A DNA stretch of 64,000 nt from the human T2T-CHM13v2.0 reference genome, Homo sapiens. The notes under the pieces are model-generated. The model saw only the letters and a list, made by a program, of their open reading frames with translations, was not told the DNA's origin and ran no database searches. The translations under genes and the position numbers were made by a program. The stretch is taken from assembly GCF_009914755.1 (NCBI RefSeq), contig NC_060939.1; one strand, written 5' to 3'. Below are positions 1-16,862 of the stretch, piece by piece. Each line of letters starts with the position of its first letter. Positions within the stretch are counted from its first letter, which is position 1.

Positions 1-136
1 TCATGGGAGTGCTAGAAGCAAGGGGCCAGCAAGTCTGGACACATTCCAAAGGCCAGGAGGGGTTTTACCTTGGACCCTGGACATGTTCGAAGCCCTGCCT
101 CAGCTTCTCTCCCAACACTTAGTGTTTCTCCCAACA
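1..136 (-). mobile_element. Partial 3' LTR of the HERV-K provirus
   Basis: Aligns by eye to ~4998-5132; ends ...TCTCCCAACA next to a polypurine tract (minus AAAAAGAAAAGGGGGA). Confidence 0.9.
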
Positions 137-186
137 TGTCCCCCTTTTCTTTTTTGTAAAACTGCCACAGCTATCATTGCTTGTTC

Positions 187-1250
187 TCAATGGCGGCTTT
201 CTCTCCAGCAGTGGCTTCTGCATCTGCAGACTAAAAGAAGACAGCACAAGCACATAATTATTAGAATAAAATCTGCAAGTGTAGAGCTTCCAATGGCCTT
301 AATCCATTTAAGAGGATTGATTGTAGACAACCCATTGGCTGTCTTGTTCAAAGTATCAGTTCCAGGGAGCAGGGCTAAGTGAGCCTGAGAGGCTTCAAAA
401 ACCTGCTCTTTTAGTTTTACTATCTTTAGGATGAGATTTTCATCTCTGCCCTCCAGATGGCATTTAAGAGTAACATAACACAACTTCAAATCCAAAAGGT
501 CCTCTTTTTGTTTTTAAATTAATTGAGCAAGGCAATTGCAGGCTGTGCAGCCCTTAATTGCTGGTTGGTGATCCAGCTTCATTTTTCTTAGCCCTTATTC
601 AAAATGGAGTCGCTCTGGTTTGAATGCTTCTTACATATTTCCCCCTTCCCTTTTACAAGAGGACCCTTAATTCTAATGGTTGCAGAAGGATGAAGGTCCA
701 TCTTCTGTAACTTCTTCATGCTGAATAGGGGCAATGATATTCCTGCCTAACTATTAGGGTCTCTTGTATTCAGGGTAGAGAGGAGTTCAGTCAGAAAGCA
801 TTGGTCTATTAAGCATCCGTTGTACCTCTGAATCCCAGCAAAAGGTAAAACCCTGGTGCTTCAGCAGTTTCTCAGCTTCCTGTGTGGTTTTCTTGATCTA
901 ACCCCATGTTATAGGGGTTGATGTCAGCATGACTCTGGTTGGTCCTCGTTCCACATTCACATTCAGATTCAACTGGCTCATGGCTCATACTGGGGGAACC
1001 CAGTCCATGGTTTGGATCCATGGGTCCCCCTCATCTCCTGCTCCATGGTTGTACACATCTTGAGGGCACCCACACGGTGTTCATCTCCCGCAAAAACACA
1101 AGCATACCCTCACCCCACATTAGTAAATCTAGCAAAACAGAAGCAAAGGCCTTTATTATTACTATTATTATTGCTGAAGCATTTGAAACTCAGCTTCTAC
1201 CTCTTTGGTTAATTACCGCGGGGTAAAACTTACCATTGATAGCGAGAAAC
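187..1250 (-). pseudogene. env: HERV-K env remnant (TM C-terminus plus SU fragments, large internal deletion)
   Basis: ORF 187..495 KCHLEGRDENLILKIVKLKEQVFEASQAHLALLPG...INPLKWIK...CLCCLLLVCRC resembles betaretroviral TM; far too short for full env. Confidence 0.8.
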
Positions 1251-1299
1251 AGGCTTTTTCTGATTAACAGAAGGCATAGAGAAAGCAAACCGAGGCTTG

Positions 1300-2834
1300 T
1301 CCTTCTTGTACAATAGTATAGCAAAAAAGCAATCCTTAAACCTTCAATTTAAAGGTGGGTCCACTAGACGCTGTGGTTCATGATAGATCTTCAGATATTT
1401 GGTGGGCACCCACACAGATACCTGATTGTCACCTGGAGAGACACAAGCAAATCCTCTTCCTCATATAATTATCTTTCCTTTTTCCCAACTGTATGTGCAT
1501 CCCTCCACCATATATCTTGTCCAGCCTTTTTATTTTCCTTTTGTCCTGTCAGGTGTTGTTCAGCTGCAGTCATGTGTTAATCTTATTGTAAATTTAAAAA
1601 ATTTAATGTTAATAAAGCTAAATGCAGTTGCATATGCTGTGTCTTATATTCCGGTCCCCTCCTTTTTGCTTTTGTATTTGAATTTTTAAAGTACGATTAG
1701 CTCTTTCCACCATTGCCTGTCCTTGCGAGTTATATGGAATACCTGTAGTATGGGTAATATTCCATTGTTGAAAATATGTAGCCATGGCTTTACTATAGTA
1801 TCCTGGGCCATTATCAGTTTTGATTTTTTCTGGGATTCCCATAACTGAAAAGCAAGATAAAAGATGTCTTTTAACATGAGCTATAGCTTCCCCTGTTTGA
1901 CATGTGGCCCAGATAAAATGTGAATAGGTTATCTACTGAAACATGAACAAAGGACAATTTTCCAAAAGCAAGAATATGTGTTACATCCATCTGCCAGATG
2001 GAATTTGGAGCTAAACCTCTAGGGTTAACTCCTATTCCTTGAGGTGGCAGATGCAGGACTTGGCAGGCAGAACAGGGTTGTACAATTTCATTTTTTTTTC
2101 TTTTGAGGCAGAGTCTTGCTCTGTTGCCCAGGCTGGAGTGAAGTGGCGTGATCTCGGCTCACTGCAAGCTACACCTCCCGGGTTCACACCATTCTTCTGC
2201 CTCAGCCTCCAGAGTAGCTGGGGTACAGGCGCCTGCCACTATGCCCGGCTAATTTTTTGTATTTTTTAGTAGAGACGAGGTTTCACTGTGTTAGCCAGGA
2301 TGGTCTCGATCTCCTGACCTCGTGATCCACCCGCCTCGGCCTCCCAAAGTCCTGGGATTACAGGCAGGAGCCACCGCACCCTGCTGTACAATTTCTTTAG
2401 CTTGTTTCCATGATAGACCACATCTTTTTCTAAGGCCTGCGGCATTAAGGTAGGTTAAAGAATGGAACATTTGTGCATCAGCAAAGACTGCAGACACCAA
2501 TGCATCCGCCCTTTGATTAAGTTTAGTTAAAGGGCCAGGGAGGTTAGTATGTGCTCTCAGATGAGTGATATAGAGAGGGGAATGCCTTTGTTGTACTGTT
2601 TGCTGTAAAGAATGAAATAAAAGATTAAGTTGTTCATCAGTCACACTTCGAATTAAGGCACATTCAATATTTTGTGTGGCTTGCACTGCATAGGCTGAAT
2701 CAGAAACAATGTTTACTGGCTGTTTAAAAGTTTTTAACACTGTTATCACAGCCATAACTTCAGCCCTTTGAGCAGAAGCAAAGTCAGTTTGAAAAACTTG
2801 CTGTTGAGGTCCAGCAAATGAGGCTTTTCCATTA
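1300..2834 (-). pseudogene. pol: HERV-K pol remnant (RNase H + integrase), interrupted by an AluY
   Basis: [11 protein letters not shown]...NIVSDSAY...[12 protein letters not shown] (RNase H); [10 protein letters not shown]...[23 protein letters not shown] (integrase DDE core). Confidence 0.9.
2091..2384 (-). mobile_element. AluY inserted in the integrase
   Basis: Full Alu dimer with AluY-type diagnostics; TSD TGTACAATTTC at 2079-2089 and 2385-2395. Confidence 0.93.
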
Positions 2835-4568
<1,734 letters not shown>

Positions 4569-4693
4569 GTTCCCCTGGTTCTTCTGAGCACACAGCTTTC
4601 CCACAGAGCTTCTTTCAGTCATCCTCGGGTGTCCTCTTATGATGTATCCTCCACTTTCACACACTCTGGTTTTCCTTCACTGGGGTCTTCTTT

Positions 4694-4711
4694 GCCCCAC
4701 ATTGGGCGCCA
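4694..4711 (-). promoter_or_regulatory. Primer binding site, tRNA-Lys
   Basis: Minus strand TGGCGCCCAATGTGGGGC immediately 3' of the 5' LTR. Confidence 0.85.
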
Positions 4712-4715
4712 TGAA

Positions 4716-5132
4716 CGTTGGGGTGATCGGACCCAACACCAGGCCATGGGGGCTATGAAGTCCAGCAGAGTCAAAGGAATGAGAAAAGACAAATTAACAG
4801 AGAAAGGGGGACCAGGGGGCCAACGCTAATATGGAGGCTGCAAAGGCCCCAAGCTCTGGGAACCCACGCTATTTATTGGTGATCAAACAAAGAAACAGGT
4901 GGTGAGGATGTGGGGGTTGAAAGGAAGCAGTGTATCAAGTGAATGAGCTACATCTGTGACAACTTAGCATTTTCTTTGAAACATATGTCTACTTGAGATA
5001 ATGGGAGTGCTAGAAGCAAGGAGCCAGCAAGTCTGGACACATTCCAAAGGCCACGAGGAGTTTTACCTGGACCCTGGACATGTTCCAAGCCCGCCTCAGC
5101 TTCTCTCCAAACACTCAGCTTTTCTCCCAACA
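4716..5132 (-). mobile_element. 5' LTR (LTR14B-like, short variant ~417 bp)
   Basis: Terminal TG...C(G/A); minus-strand AATAAA near 4872; homologous to solo LTR 57602-58237. Confidence 0.88.
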
Positions 5133-6510
<1,378 letters not shown>

Positions 6511-6974
6511 TGTTAGAGTGCGTAGCTAGGCAAACATGAATAGGGCAGGAAAGGCCCCTCACACCCAGGAATGTCAGGGTACCATTGTCTGAAATTATTA
6601 GAGACCAATGTCTCTCTAAAATAATAATTAGTCACAGCCAGTGCCGGGAGAAGCAGTCTCCCAACAGACAGAAGATACCTGAAGCTGGTGATCAGCAGCT
6701 TCCTGATACGAATGCAGAAGTTGGGCAAGTGGGCTCAAACATGCTCACTAAGAGGAAAAATGACAGAGTTTAACTGGTATATGACCTTCCTCTAGGAACA
6801 CTCAAATGGTAAAGGAAAAATGCCTCGAATGAGCATGTGCACAATTTCAGTAAACACACTGTGCATGTGGCCCTTCCCAGGTGCTGACAAGCCACTGCCC
6901 ATGTGGACAGCCCACCCCAAGGAAAAATCAAGAGAGGGGAGAAACAAAACCCCAGAAGCATGCCAAACTTATAA
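6511..6974 (+). mobile_element. MER50-like ERV1 LTR, 3'-truncated at the SVA
   Basis: Starts TGTTAGAGTG...AGGCAAACATGAATAGGGCAGG and follows recalled MER50 up to the TATA region, then stops abruptly. Confidence 0.7.
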
Positions 6975-7657
6975 GTCCGTCCGGGAGGGAGGTGGGGGGC
7001 GCCTCCACCCGGCCGCCGCCCCATCCGGGAGGTGGGGGGCATCTCTGCCCGACCGCCCCTTCTGGGAAGTGAGGAGCCCCTCTGCCCGGCCGCCACCCCG
7101 TCTGGGAGGTGTACCCAACAGCTCATTGAGAATGAGCCATGATGACGATGGCGGTTTTGTCGAATAGAAAAGGTGGAAATGTGGGGAAAAGATACAGAAA
7201 TCAGATAGTTGCTGTGTCTGTGTAGAAAGAAGTAGACATAGGAGATTCCATTTTGTTCTGTACTAAGAAAAATTCTTCTGCCTTGGGATGCTGTTGATCT
7301 ATGACCTTACCCCCAACCCGGTGCTGTCTGAAACATGTGCTGTGTCCACTCAGGGTTAAATGGATTAAGGGCGGTGCAAGATGTGCTTTGTTAAACAGAT
7401 GCTTGAAGGCAGCATGCACTTTAAGAGTCCTCACCACTCCCTAATCTCAAGTACCCAGGGACACAAACACTGCGGAAGGCCGCCGGGTCCTCTGCCTAGG
7501 AAAACCAGAGACCTGTGTTCACTTGTTTATCTGCTGACTTTCCCTCCACGATTGTCCTATGACACTACCAAATCCCCCTCTGCGAGAAACACCCAAGAAT
7601 GATCAATAAAAAACAAAAGAAATAAATAAAAATAAATTTAAAAAAAGAAAAAAAAAG
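6975..7657 (+). mobile_element. SVA retrotransposon, 5'-truncated (VNTR end + SINE-R + polyA)
   Basis: GC-rich VNTR units (CCGTCCGGGAGGGAGGTGGGGGG, TCTGGGAAGTGAGGAGCCCCTCTGCCCGGCC); SINE-R from TGTGGGGAAAAG; AATAAA plus A-rich tail. Confidence 0.95.
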
Positions 7658-7747
7658 GAAAGTGGATTTTATACAACAGCTGGTGAAGACCAGCTCAGTG
7701 GCTGGACCGAGAAGCTTCAAAGCACTTCCCAAAGCCAAACTTGCACC

Positions 7748-7778
<31 letters not shown>

Positions 7779-8312
7779 TCATGGTCACAGTCACTGGCAG
7801 TCTGCTGCTGGTCTGATCCACTACAGCATTCTGAATCCTGGTGAAACCATTACATCTGAGAAGTATGCTCAGCAAATCGATGAGATGCATAGGAAACTGC
7901 AACGCCTGCAGTCAGCAGTTGTCAACAGAAAGGGCCCAATTCTTCTCCACAACAACGCCTGACCACATGTCACACAACCAACGCTTCAAAGTTTGAATGA
8001 ATTGGGCTACAAAGCATTGCTTCATCTGCCATATTCACCTGACCTACCACCAGCTGACTACCACTTCCTCAAGCATCGACAACTTTTTGCAGGGAAAACA
8101 CTTCCACAACCAGCAGTATGCAGAAAATGCTTTCTGAGAGTTCCTCAAATCTGTAAGTGTGGATTTTTACACTACAGGAATAAACTTGGTCTTGCTGGCA
8201 AAAATGTGTTGATGGTAATGGTTCCAATTTTGATTAATAAAGATGTGTTTGAGCCTAGTTATGATTTAAAATTCATGGTCTGAACCCAAAATTACTTTTG
8301 CACCAACCTAAT
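7658..8312 (+). mobile_element. Hsmar1 mariner DNA transposon, 3' half with right TIR
   Basis: KWILY...AAGLIHYSILNPGETITSEKYAQQIDEM...KGPILLHNNA...PYSPDL motif; ends AATTACTTTTGCACCAACCTAATA (TIR + TA). Confidence 0.93.
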
Positions 8313-9096
8313 AGTTGGGAGGAGAGCCAAAAACACCTAAGAAAAAGGCAGAACATAGACCAAAGGGAAAATATCAGAGCCAGAAAACTTCCAAGCTTTT
8401 TGAAAGAGTAAGATGCCGGGAAATTTGCAAAATGGCCACAGAAAAATACCCTCCAGAAGGGAAAAGCAGGGTGAGAAACCCTAATCAACCTGTAAAGCAG
8501 AGATTTCAGAATCTCCACAAAGTTTCAGGCCATAATCTTCGTACCCTAAAACCCTTCCTTTGGCCATCTGCTCAAAGAAAGATGGGGAAGCTCCATGACA
8601 TTATGCCATGGTTTTCTGGGCCATAGAGCTGGGCTAGATCAGTAGAAATTAAATGCTGTTCCAGGACTGTGGCAATTAAGTGAAAGATTTCATTGGCCCA
8701 TAGCAAGTGAGAAAAATACGGCAATGCTGTTGTTTTGTAAAGACAGCTATCCAACTTAAAGCATTGTCCCTCATTACAGGACCACATACACCAAACATTC
8801 CTCAAAATGTCTGGGGAAATGAGAGTCATAGAACCAGTATCCTTCACCTGGCTTTGCATCTATGGGACAGACACAAATGTGTCTATGGCTGGCCTATCCA
8901 GCCAGTACCTTAGTTCCAGTTTCTTTTGGGCTCTGGTCAGGCAACCTTAAGCTCCCCTCTTCCAGTTAGCATCAACAAGAGCAAATTCCTTCAACCATGC
9001 AGGAAAGGGTTCCCGGACCCAATAGTCAACTACCAACCTTGTTCCCCTTAAACTCTGGAAACTCACAGCTATTTTTCAATGCCTGCTTTACAGCCC

Positions 9097-9099
<3 letters not shown>

Positions 9100-9132
<33 letters not shown>
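9100..9132. repeat. (TA)n microsatellite
   Basis: Direct reading. Confidence 0.95.
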
Positions 9133-9133
<1 letters not shown>

Positions 9134-11805
9134 CAAACCTGACTCCCTCAGAAGCCCACATTCTGATAACTCTTTTGTACTTTGCACAAAAGTTTTTTTT
9201 AAACCTGCACAATAGCACTTCCCCCAGAAAGGCTTTCTCGTCAAGGGGTAAAAACCTAGAAGCTTTGTGTTCTGTCCCATCCCCAGCCTCGGCAAAGACC
9301 CTTAACCTACACCTAAACACTGATATCTTCTCTACATGGGTATTTATTCTGCGGACCTCAGGCTTCCTGGACTAAAGCAACTCATAAATGAGACAATTTT
9401 TTTCCTTCAGTTTCTTTTCATTATTTGGGGATAAGAGTGTTTCTTTTTTGTGTTATGTATTTTCCAAATCTCTCACAACGACATTTTCTTCCTTTTCTAC
9501 ATAGCATGAGGGCTGAGAAAGCCCAAGGTGAGTTGCAGTTGGACAGCCCACAGCTGTATACAAGGCACTTCAGGGAGAGGAGGGGTGGTAACGTTGTCCC
9601 TCCCACTGTGCCTGTGATTGTGCCACAGAGCACAAAGGAAGCCTCCCATCCCTGACTCACTTCAGACTTCTGTCCAACACCTGTAACACCATCCCAGTTA
9701 CCACCCAAAGAGAAGTCTCAAGAGAGTCCTGAATCCCTTAGCCTGTATGTGACAGCTGGTCTTTTACCCTTAGCCCAACAGCCTTCTTCAGAGTCACCCA
9801 AAAAGCTCTTTCAATTACCATCAACCTAGGAACCGACATTTTCACGGGTCTATATCCTCACCCAGGACGGGGCCAACTGGGGCTCCATCTTTCAGCACGT
9901 CACTCCAAAAGGGCAGCTCCGGGCCCTATATTGAGTGACAGCAAAGGCTCTCAACTAGCACCCCAAGGAGAAAAGTTCTTAACACCACTGCCACACTCCT
10001 CATGTCACTATCTCATTTTCTGGTCATAATCCAACCTCCCACAGAACTGATACCTCTGCAAGCTCCCTTTCCACCTCTGATCTGAGGTCAAAAGTTTGTT
10101 GGTCTCCTCAGATTCTCTCTCAATTGGAGGAAAGGACAACACGTAGGATACTTGAGAGAGTTCAACCTCAGGTTCCCACTAGAATCCAACACTCTTTACC
10201 ACCTAGTCCAGCAGCACAGAGCACAGGATTTCAGGGTGTGGGGACAAATAGCACATCCTAAATTCAGGCATTTTGGTGATGTTAAAATGGAGGGGAGAGC
10301 TGAGAGATCAAAGAAGCAAATCACCAAACACGACTTTCCTGTATAATCGACATTACGTGTCTAGCGTCCTGACATTTGGAAAAGGGTCTAACCATGAAGA
10401 GGCCATTTGCAGCGAGCAGCTGCCTAACAATGAATATCACCTATTCCCCTCAGTCCCAAGATTCCTCCTACTCTGACACCAGTCACCAGACCCACATTCC
10501 CGAAGCGTACTGAATTGGGATTCAATATCAGCAAGACTGAATCCCAAATTCTTAACCGCCTTGAAAATTATACCTGAACTACTGTTTAATTACCTCTGTA
10601 ACATTGTTCCTGAATTCCAGGACTGCTTACAGTGACGAGGCACTAATTCAGGAGAAAGGAAGAGGTCATATTTTTTTCTAATCCCAGGCTTGCCCATCCC
10701 CACTCTCGTTTCCTTTATGTTCCCAACCACTGTGATGAATCTTCTCTAATTACTGCCACCAAGAATGCTGCTATTTGTATATAGGTTTAACCTATTCGAA
10801 AAATGGGTTTTAAGAACAAACCCTCGCCCTTCCCCAAAATTTTAAAGGTAGTCCTTCGTTCAGGTTCCCTGTTACCAGGAAACTTTCTCACTTTCCTAGT
10901 TCTGGTCTCAGGAAAAACACCTTCCTCCCATCCCACAATGCCCAGTAACTTGGGGGAGTCCACATCCAGATGCAGTTCCAAGTCAGGCCCACAGCGTTTG
11001 CTCTCATTAACCAACTACAGAGCTTTTGCGCAGCTCACACACCCAACTTAACCTGCAAGCCAGAAAAAGGCTGCAACAGCTAGAGAGCAAAGTATAGTGC
11101 CCCACCAGGGAGGGAAGTCACCAAAGGCCATAGTCTTTTAATTTTTTAAACTTAATAACACACTTGTTAAATGACTTCTCTAATGACATCAAAGTGACTT
11201 AAAAGTCATTTCAAGAATTGTCTTTCCTGTCTCATGCAGGATGGTAACACCCATGTTTATATCATTATGAGAGCCTGAGAGGACTTTGATAGGGAAAAGA
11301 AAGGAACAGAAAGAAAATAGTTATGTCGTGTGTGGTAGAAGCCCCTTAGGCTTGTCTGACTTGGCAGAATCTGTCACTTGGGCACAAAAAGGCTGGGTCG
11401 GTGGAACTCTAATGGGTTCTTGACTTCACTAGATGGATGACTAGGATCCCAGGGAGTCGCTTAAAGAGCAGGAAGCATGTCTGCTCCCCTCTGGTTGTCA
11501 GAAAATCTGCTTAAAAATCCTCAGCTTTGAGCTGAAGAAAAGTGGCCTGCGAGGTTGGCAGCTGAAGCTCAGTATTCATGGGTGGAACCGTAAACTTCAC
11601 CCAACTTAACATTCACTGTACAGCCCCTTCTTCCCGTGACAGAGTTTTCATATTTTCTAGGGGTTTATCCAAAAGCTGCCCCACAGGCCAGATGCACTGT
11701 TTAACAAGGCTTCCGCGGCTTCTACCTTACGTCATCCAAGAAGGCGTTTTTTTTGTTTTTGTTTTTTTTTCCTAAGGCCACTATCACCACAAGAATATAC
11801 GACTC

Positions 11806-12010
<205 letters not shown>

Positions 12011-12079
12011 GAAGAAGAATATATGACTCAGCTACAGTTCCAGGTCTCAGTTAACAGTTTAGGTTTGGGGATGTCCCAC

Positions 12080-12800
12080 CCTCCAGAGCTCCAGTGGGCG
12101 TCCTCCTGCATGGGGGCCCCTACTAAATAAACACCAGCCCCCGCCATCTGGCCCTAACGGAAGGAGGACGCGAGGCGGGAAATCAACGCCCTTTAACGGC
12201 TGCGTGGGGGGTGGTCTCCCGCGCCCGCCGCCAGGGGTTTCCGGGCCTAACGGGCCTTCCGGGGCGGCGCCAGGGGCCCCGCTGGGCGGTGGGTCAGAGG
12301 AGCCGGGCGTCCTAACCCCTCCTCCGTGGCGGGGTGCAGGGAGGAGCCCCAGCCGCGGGCGCCCTGCCCTGCCCTCCCCTGCCCTGCCTGGTGGGCTTCG
12401 GCGGTGGCCCCCAGCTCCACACACGGCCGCAGGGTATAAACACGGGGCGCATGGGTTCCCTGAGATTCGCCTGAGTCTGGGCCCAGCGAGGCACGCTGTT
12501 CGCGGGGGGCCCTCCTCCCCTGTCCCCCTTCCAGTCGCATGTCTTCCGGTGACTTTGAACAATGTCACTCTCCCGGGTCACCATGGCCGGGGTGGCGGTC
12601 TCTCCCTGCGCAACGCTCCTCGGAAGTGAAGCCATCTCCCCGTCCCTCTGCCCTTACTCACAGGCCCTGCTACCGGGCCTGTCCTACCCCTGCTTGGAAC
12701 CCTCTAGGTGTCCCCTCAGCCATCTGGGGCTGAGCCCACTTGGCTCTCCTGCCGTCTCCCCAGGAGGCAGCTTGTTCTGAAGCGCCTGCGTCTAGTAACC
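12080..12800. promoter_or_regulatory. CpG island / putative promoter
   Basis: High GC and CpG density; GC boxes; ETS-type CGGAAG motifs (12543-12549 minus, 12621-12628 plus). Confidence 0.75.
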
Positions 12801-13384
12801 TGTCGCTGCCTTGCTTCTAGCGCCTCTTAGGCCTTTCTGATGTCTTCTCTGCTGTATCTCCCCTGCCTCTTAGCCTTTATGTTGAAACTCTCCCAGGTTC
12901 AAAGGGTTTTTGCACCGGGAAGCCATACTCACCACTATTTGTGTTGTTTTGGGCTCAATTTATTAAACTCATACATCTGATACCATCTCTAAAAGCATTT
13001 TTTAATTGAGCGTCTACTCATTAATTCCTCGTTTAATTATAAATATCCCTACATTATTTAGATTACAATCACAAAGTGAGTATAGTTGAGTTCTTTGAAC
13101 ACTTTAATGACTTAAACAGTAGACACAACATACACTACACAACTTTACAAAGTTATTTACAAAAACTTCACTGGTTTTATACTCGCCCAAAAAGGCAACA
13201 ATTAAACTTTGTTTCTTACACTTATCCTTTAGCAGGGCAGAGGGAGACATATGACCAAATGGTGACAATTTATTTGTGATAGATGATACGAGGGTTTTGC
13301 ATTGTCCTTTTATTTGTATTTTTCACATAGTAGGGTTTTGTTTTTTTGGTGAGTTGTTTTTTTGTTTTGTTTTGTTTCGTTTTA

Positions 13385-13688
<304 letters not shown>

Positions 13689-15559
13689 TGAAGAGATTTT
13701 GGAAACAGGGAAGAACAGACCAAGCCCTTTGACCATCTAATTAAGTCTGTCGGCCCTTCTGGGGCCCCTCCTAATGCCCCCAGGCCTTTTCCACACAGTG
13801 CAGTTCTGACAGAAAGCGGGAGAGGCATGTAAGCTTAGGGGAAGCTGAGGGAGACTGCTGCGGACAGGGCTGGTGGGGGTTCTGCCATGGTTTGGGAGGC
13901 AGAGGAACCTATTTGATTATATAATACCTCTCCAACCGAGGAATCAGCCAACCCTGCACATTGGTGTGTGTGTGAGGAAAGCAGGTATAGAAGTGAACAG
14001 GGAGGAACTGCCCAGAGTCACAAAGGGCTCCCCCAACCCTTATTCTCATCAGTCTTCTCCTCTATTCTGTTCTTTTCTTGGTCGCCTTTCCCATTCAACA
14101 ATAAGTGTAAGGCCAGACTCCAAATAAAGGCCGCTAAAGTATTCAAAATAATTGTGGAGAGTGTAGAAGTTGAGACATTCGGCTTTGAAATCAGAGAGAC
14201 AGCTTTTGTGTAAGCTCTCCCACCTATTAGGTGTGCGACGCTGGGAAAGCAATCTAAACTCAGAGCCTCTGGTTTTTCATCTCCACATTAGTGATGCCAT
14301 AACTTGTAGGGACGACCATCCATCACAGCGCCTGTCGAGGTCAATGCTCAGCTAACGAGAGCTAGCAATGCTCCTCCTGCATTTCTACCAGCGTCCAGCC
14401 CGGATGCCTCTAGTTCCCTTTAGCACGTGCATGTCCTATTCTCATCTGCTTCCTGGACTCAAGTATGAGGGAGTGGAGCTAAGATGTTTTCCTTTCCAAA
14501 GCGCCCTTTGCAGACTGTGAGGAAGGATGGGTGCTCCTGACCCTTACAGCCCGTTCAGGTGTGCTGGGGTCCAAGGTCCCAGGTCTCTGGAGGAGTTTGC
14601 CCAGAGCTGGAGTCCACCTTCACCCAGAGGGCATGGAGGGTCTTGCTCAGGCTCTGACCCAACCTCCTAAGGAGTGCCCAGCTGAGGGCCAAATGTAAGA
14701 GGCCCTCCCATTCCCAATCCCATTCTGACCTGACTGTCTCCGCACACTTCTATACTCCCTAAGAGGAAATACTTGATTCACAAGACCCCAGGGTACTGTC
14801 CACTCCTCCCCAGTCCAAATCCCACCTCCTCCACAACAAGAAGGCCCCAATCTGGAAGCCCAGTCTGACTGGGAGCTCTGCCTGAAGCCCTGCCTCTCCA
14901 TCAGGGGCCCTTCATCCACCCTCCGTGACCACCATATCCCCCACCTTGACCTCTCCTCCTTCCCCTGCTGTGACCCTTCAGGGCACTCTTCCCTATCTTG
15001 CCTTTTCTCTTCTCCCATGCATGTCTAGGACACAGCGCCTCACCAGGCTTTGGCGCTGGAGAGCTTCTGTACCTGCTGAGGGACACTCCTACCAGGAAGA
15101 GTGGCCCCACAGTCAAATGTCATCCCTCAACTTCTCCTGGGCACATTTCACTATTTCTTATACCCTTCTCCCCCATGCCCTGGGGCAGCCCTTTATCCTT
15201 TCACTCCCAAATCTGTCCCCATCTGACCTTTTCTGAGAGGTCTGATTACAGGTACACTGAGAGAGACAGCTCCAGCTTTAAAAGTGGAGCTTTGAGTGTC
15301 AGTAACTGGGGATTGTCAGAGCTAGCCTAGCAATGGAGACAGGGACTTTGGGCCCTTGGAGTCTCATTCTCAGGTCTGAGCCCACTATGCTTGTTTGCCC
15401 CCAACCAGGTGTGCCTCAGTAGCTGGGTATAAACATGAGACATGTGTCTCCCTGGGACGACTGTGAAATTTGTGGGTTTGTGGTGGGGGGCATGTAGAGG
15501 AATATGCCTTTTTATTTACTAGTAAAGAATACGTGTCTGATCATGAGTGTTACAAACTG

Positions 15560-16050
15560 GGAGGTAATTATGAGCAGAATGGGAAAATAGAGTAGAATTT
15601 CTAAATCAACAGGGGACACAGGAGAGAATAAATGGAAAAGAAGGAAAAGCAAAAAAAAGGATATAGTTAAATAAATGGTAAACATAAAATAAGATGAAAA
15701 AATAAGAGGGAGTATAACAATTATTTTATGAAATGTGAGTAGGCTGAATTTTTCAATTAAAAGAGACTACATTATTGGGTTTTGTTTTTTCTAATATATT
15801 ATTTAATATATTGTTGAACAAGAAATATACTTAAAACAAAATGCTTCCAAAGCAGTTGATGAAAATAAAGTAGTTGACAAAGCCAAATACACACACACAC
15901 ACATGCAGAAATAGTAGTAGTAGTATTTTATTAGGCTAGGTTGAATAAATTATGTAAAAAATATACACACTACACAATCCAGCAGCTATGTGTTTTAATA
16001 AGCAAAAACTATTAGACATGCAAAGAGAACCTTGATTTTAAAAACACAAC
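15560..16050 (+). mobile_element. Old L1 (L1M) fragment
   Basis: A-rich sequence resembling degraded L1 ORF2 endonuclease region. Confidence 0.45.
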
Positions 16051-16052
16051 TC

Positions 16053-16342
16053 AGGCCGGGTAGGGTTGCTCACGCCTGTAATCCCAGCACTTTGGGAAGC
16101 CGAGGTTGGAATATCGCTTGAGGCCAGGCATGTGAGACCAACCTGGGCAATGCAGTGAGATCCTGTCTGTACAAAAAAAAAAATTTTTTTTACTTAAAAA
16201 AATTAGCTACTTTGGAGGCTGGGGTGGAACAGATCACTTGAGCCCAGTAGTTCAAGGTTGTAGTGAACTGTGATTGCACTACTGCACTCCAGCCTGGGTG
16301 ACAGAGCAAGGCCCTGTCTCTGTCTCTCTCTCTGTCTCTCTG

Positions 16343-16385
<43 letters not shown>
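16053..16385 (+). mobile_element. AluJ-like with (TC)n(TA)n tail
   Basis: Diverged Alu with microsatellite tail. Confidence 0.85.
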
Positions 16386-16862
16386 GACACACGCAATTCA
16401 GTGGGAGATTTAAAAATACCTTCTAAAGGATCCCTTTTGTGTTTGTTGTTTCAAAATTAAGACAAAATAATCTTAGAATTTTAGTGTAAATGTCTAAAAT
16501 AGCTAACAAAATCATGGAAACAGAGACTACTGTGAGAGTCTTATCTCACCAATGTTGCATAAGTTCCTCAAGAGAGCTACTGGATGAAGAAGGGCTTAAA
16601 GCACAGGACTGTCCTGGGCACTGCTGTATACAGAATGGAGAGGGTAATTCTGAGCTTTTGACTGCCTGGAGAACTGGTATAGGATCAGCTATGAGAAGCT
16701 GACTTTGCCAGAAGAGAGACCAGGGCAGGGTGAGCCCTGCTGGAGGCTCTAGTTGGTGGTGGTGAAGCCAGCAATAGAAACTTGAAAAAGTACAGGGCTG
16801 TGTTAGTCAGTTCATGAAAAAGTATAGGGCTGTGTTAGTCAGTTCATGAAAAAGTACGGGGC

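Noticed and set aside
7658-8312. Possible SETMAR gene
   Set aside because: No SET domain; frameshifted, with a TIR; an ordinary Hsmar1 relic.
12059-12780. Several Pro/Gly/Arg-rich ORFs
   Set aside because: Expected in GC-rich DNA; no recognisable domain.
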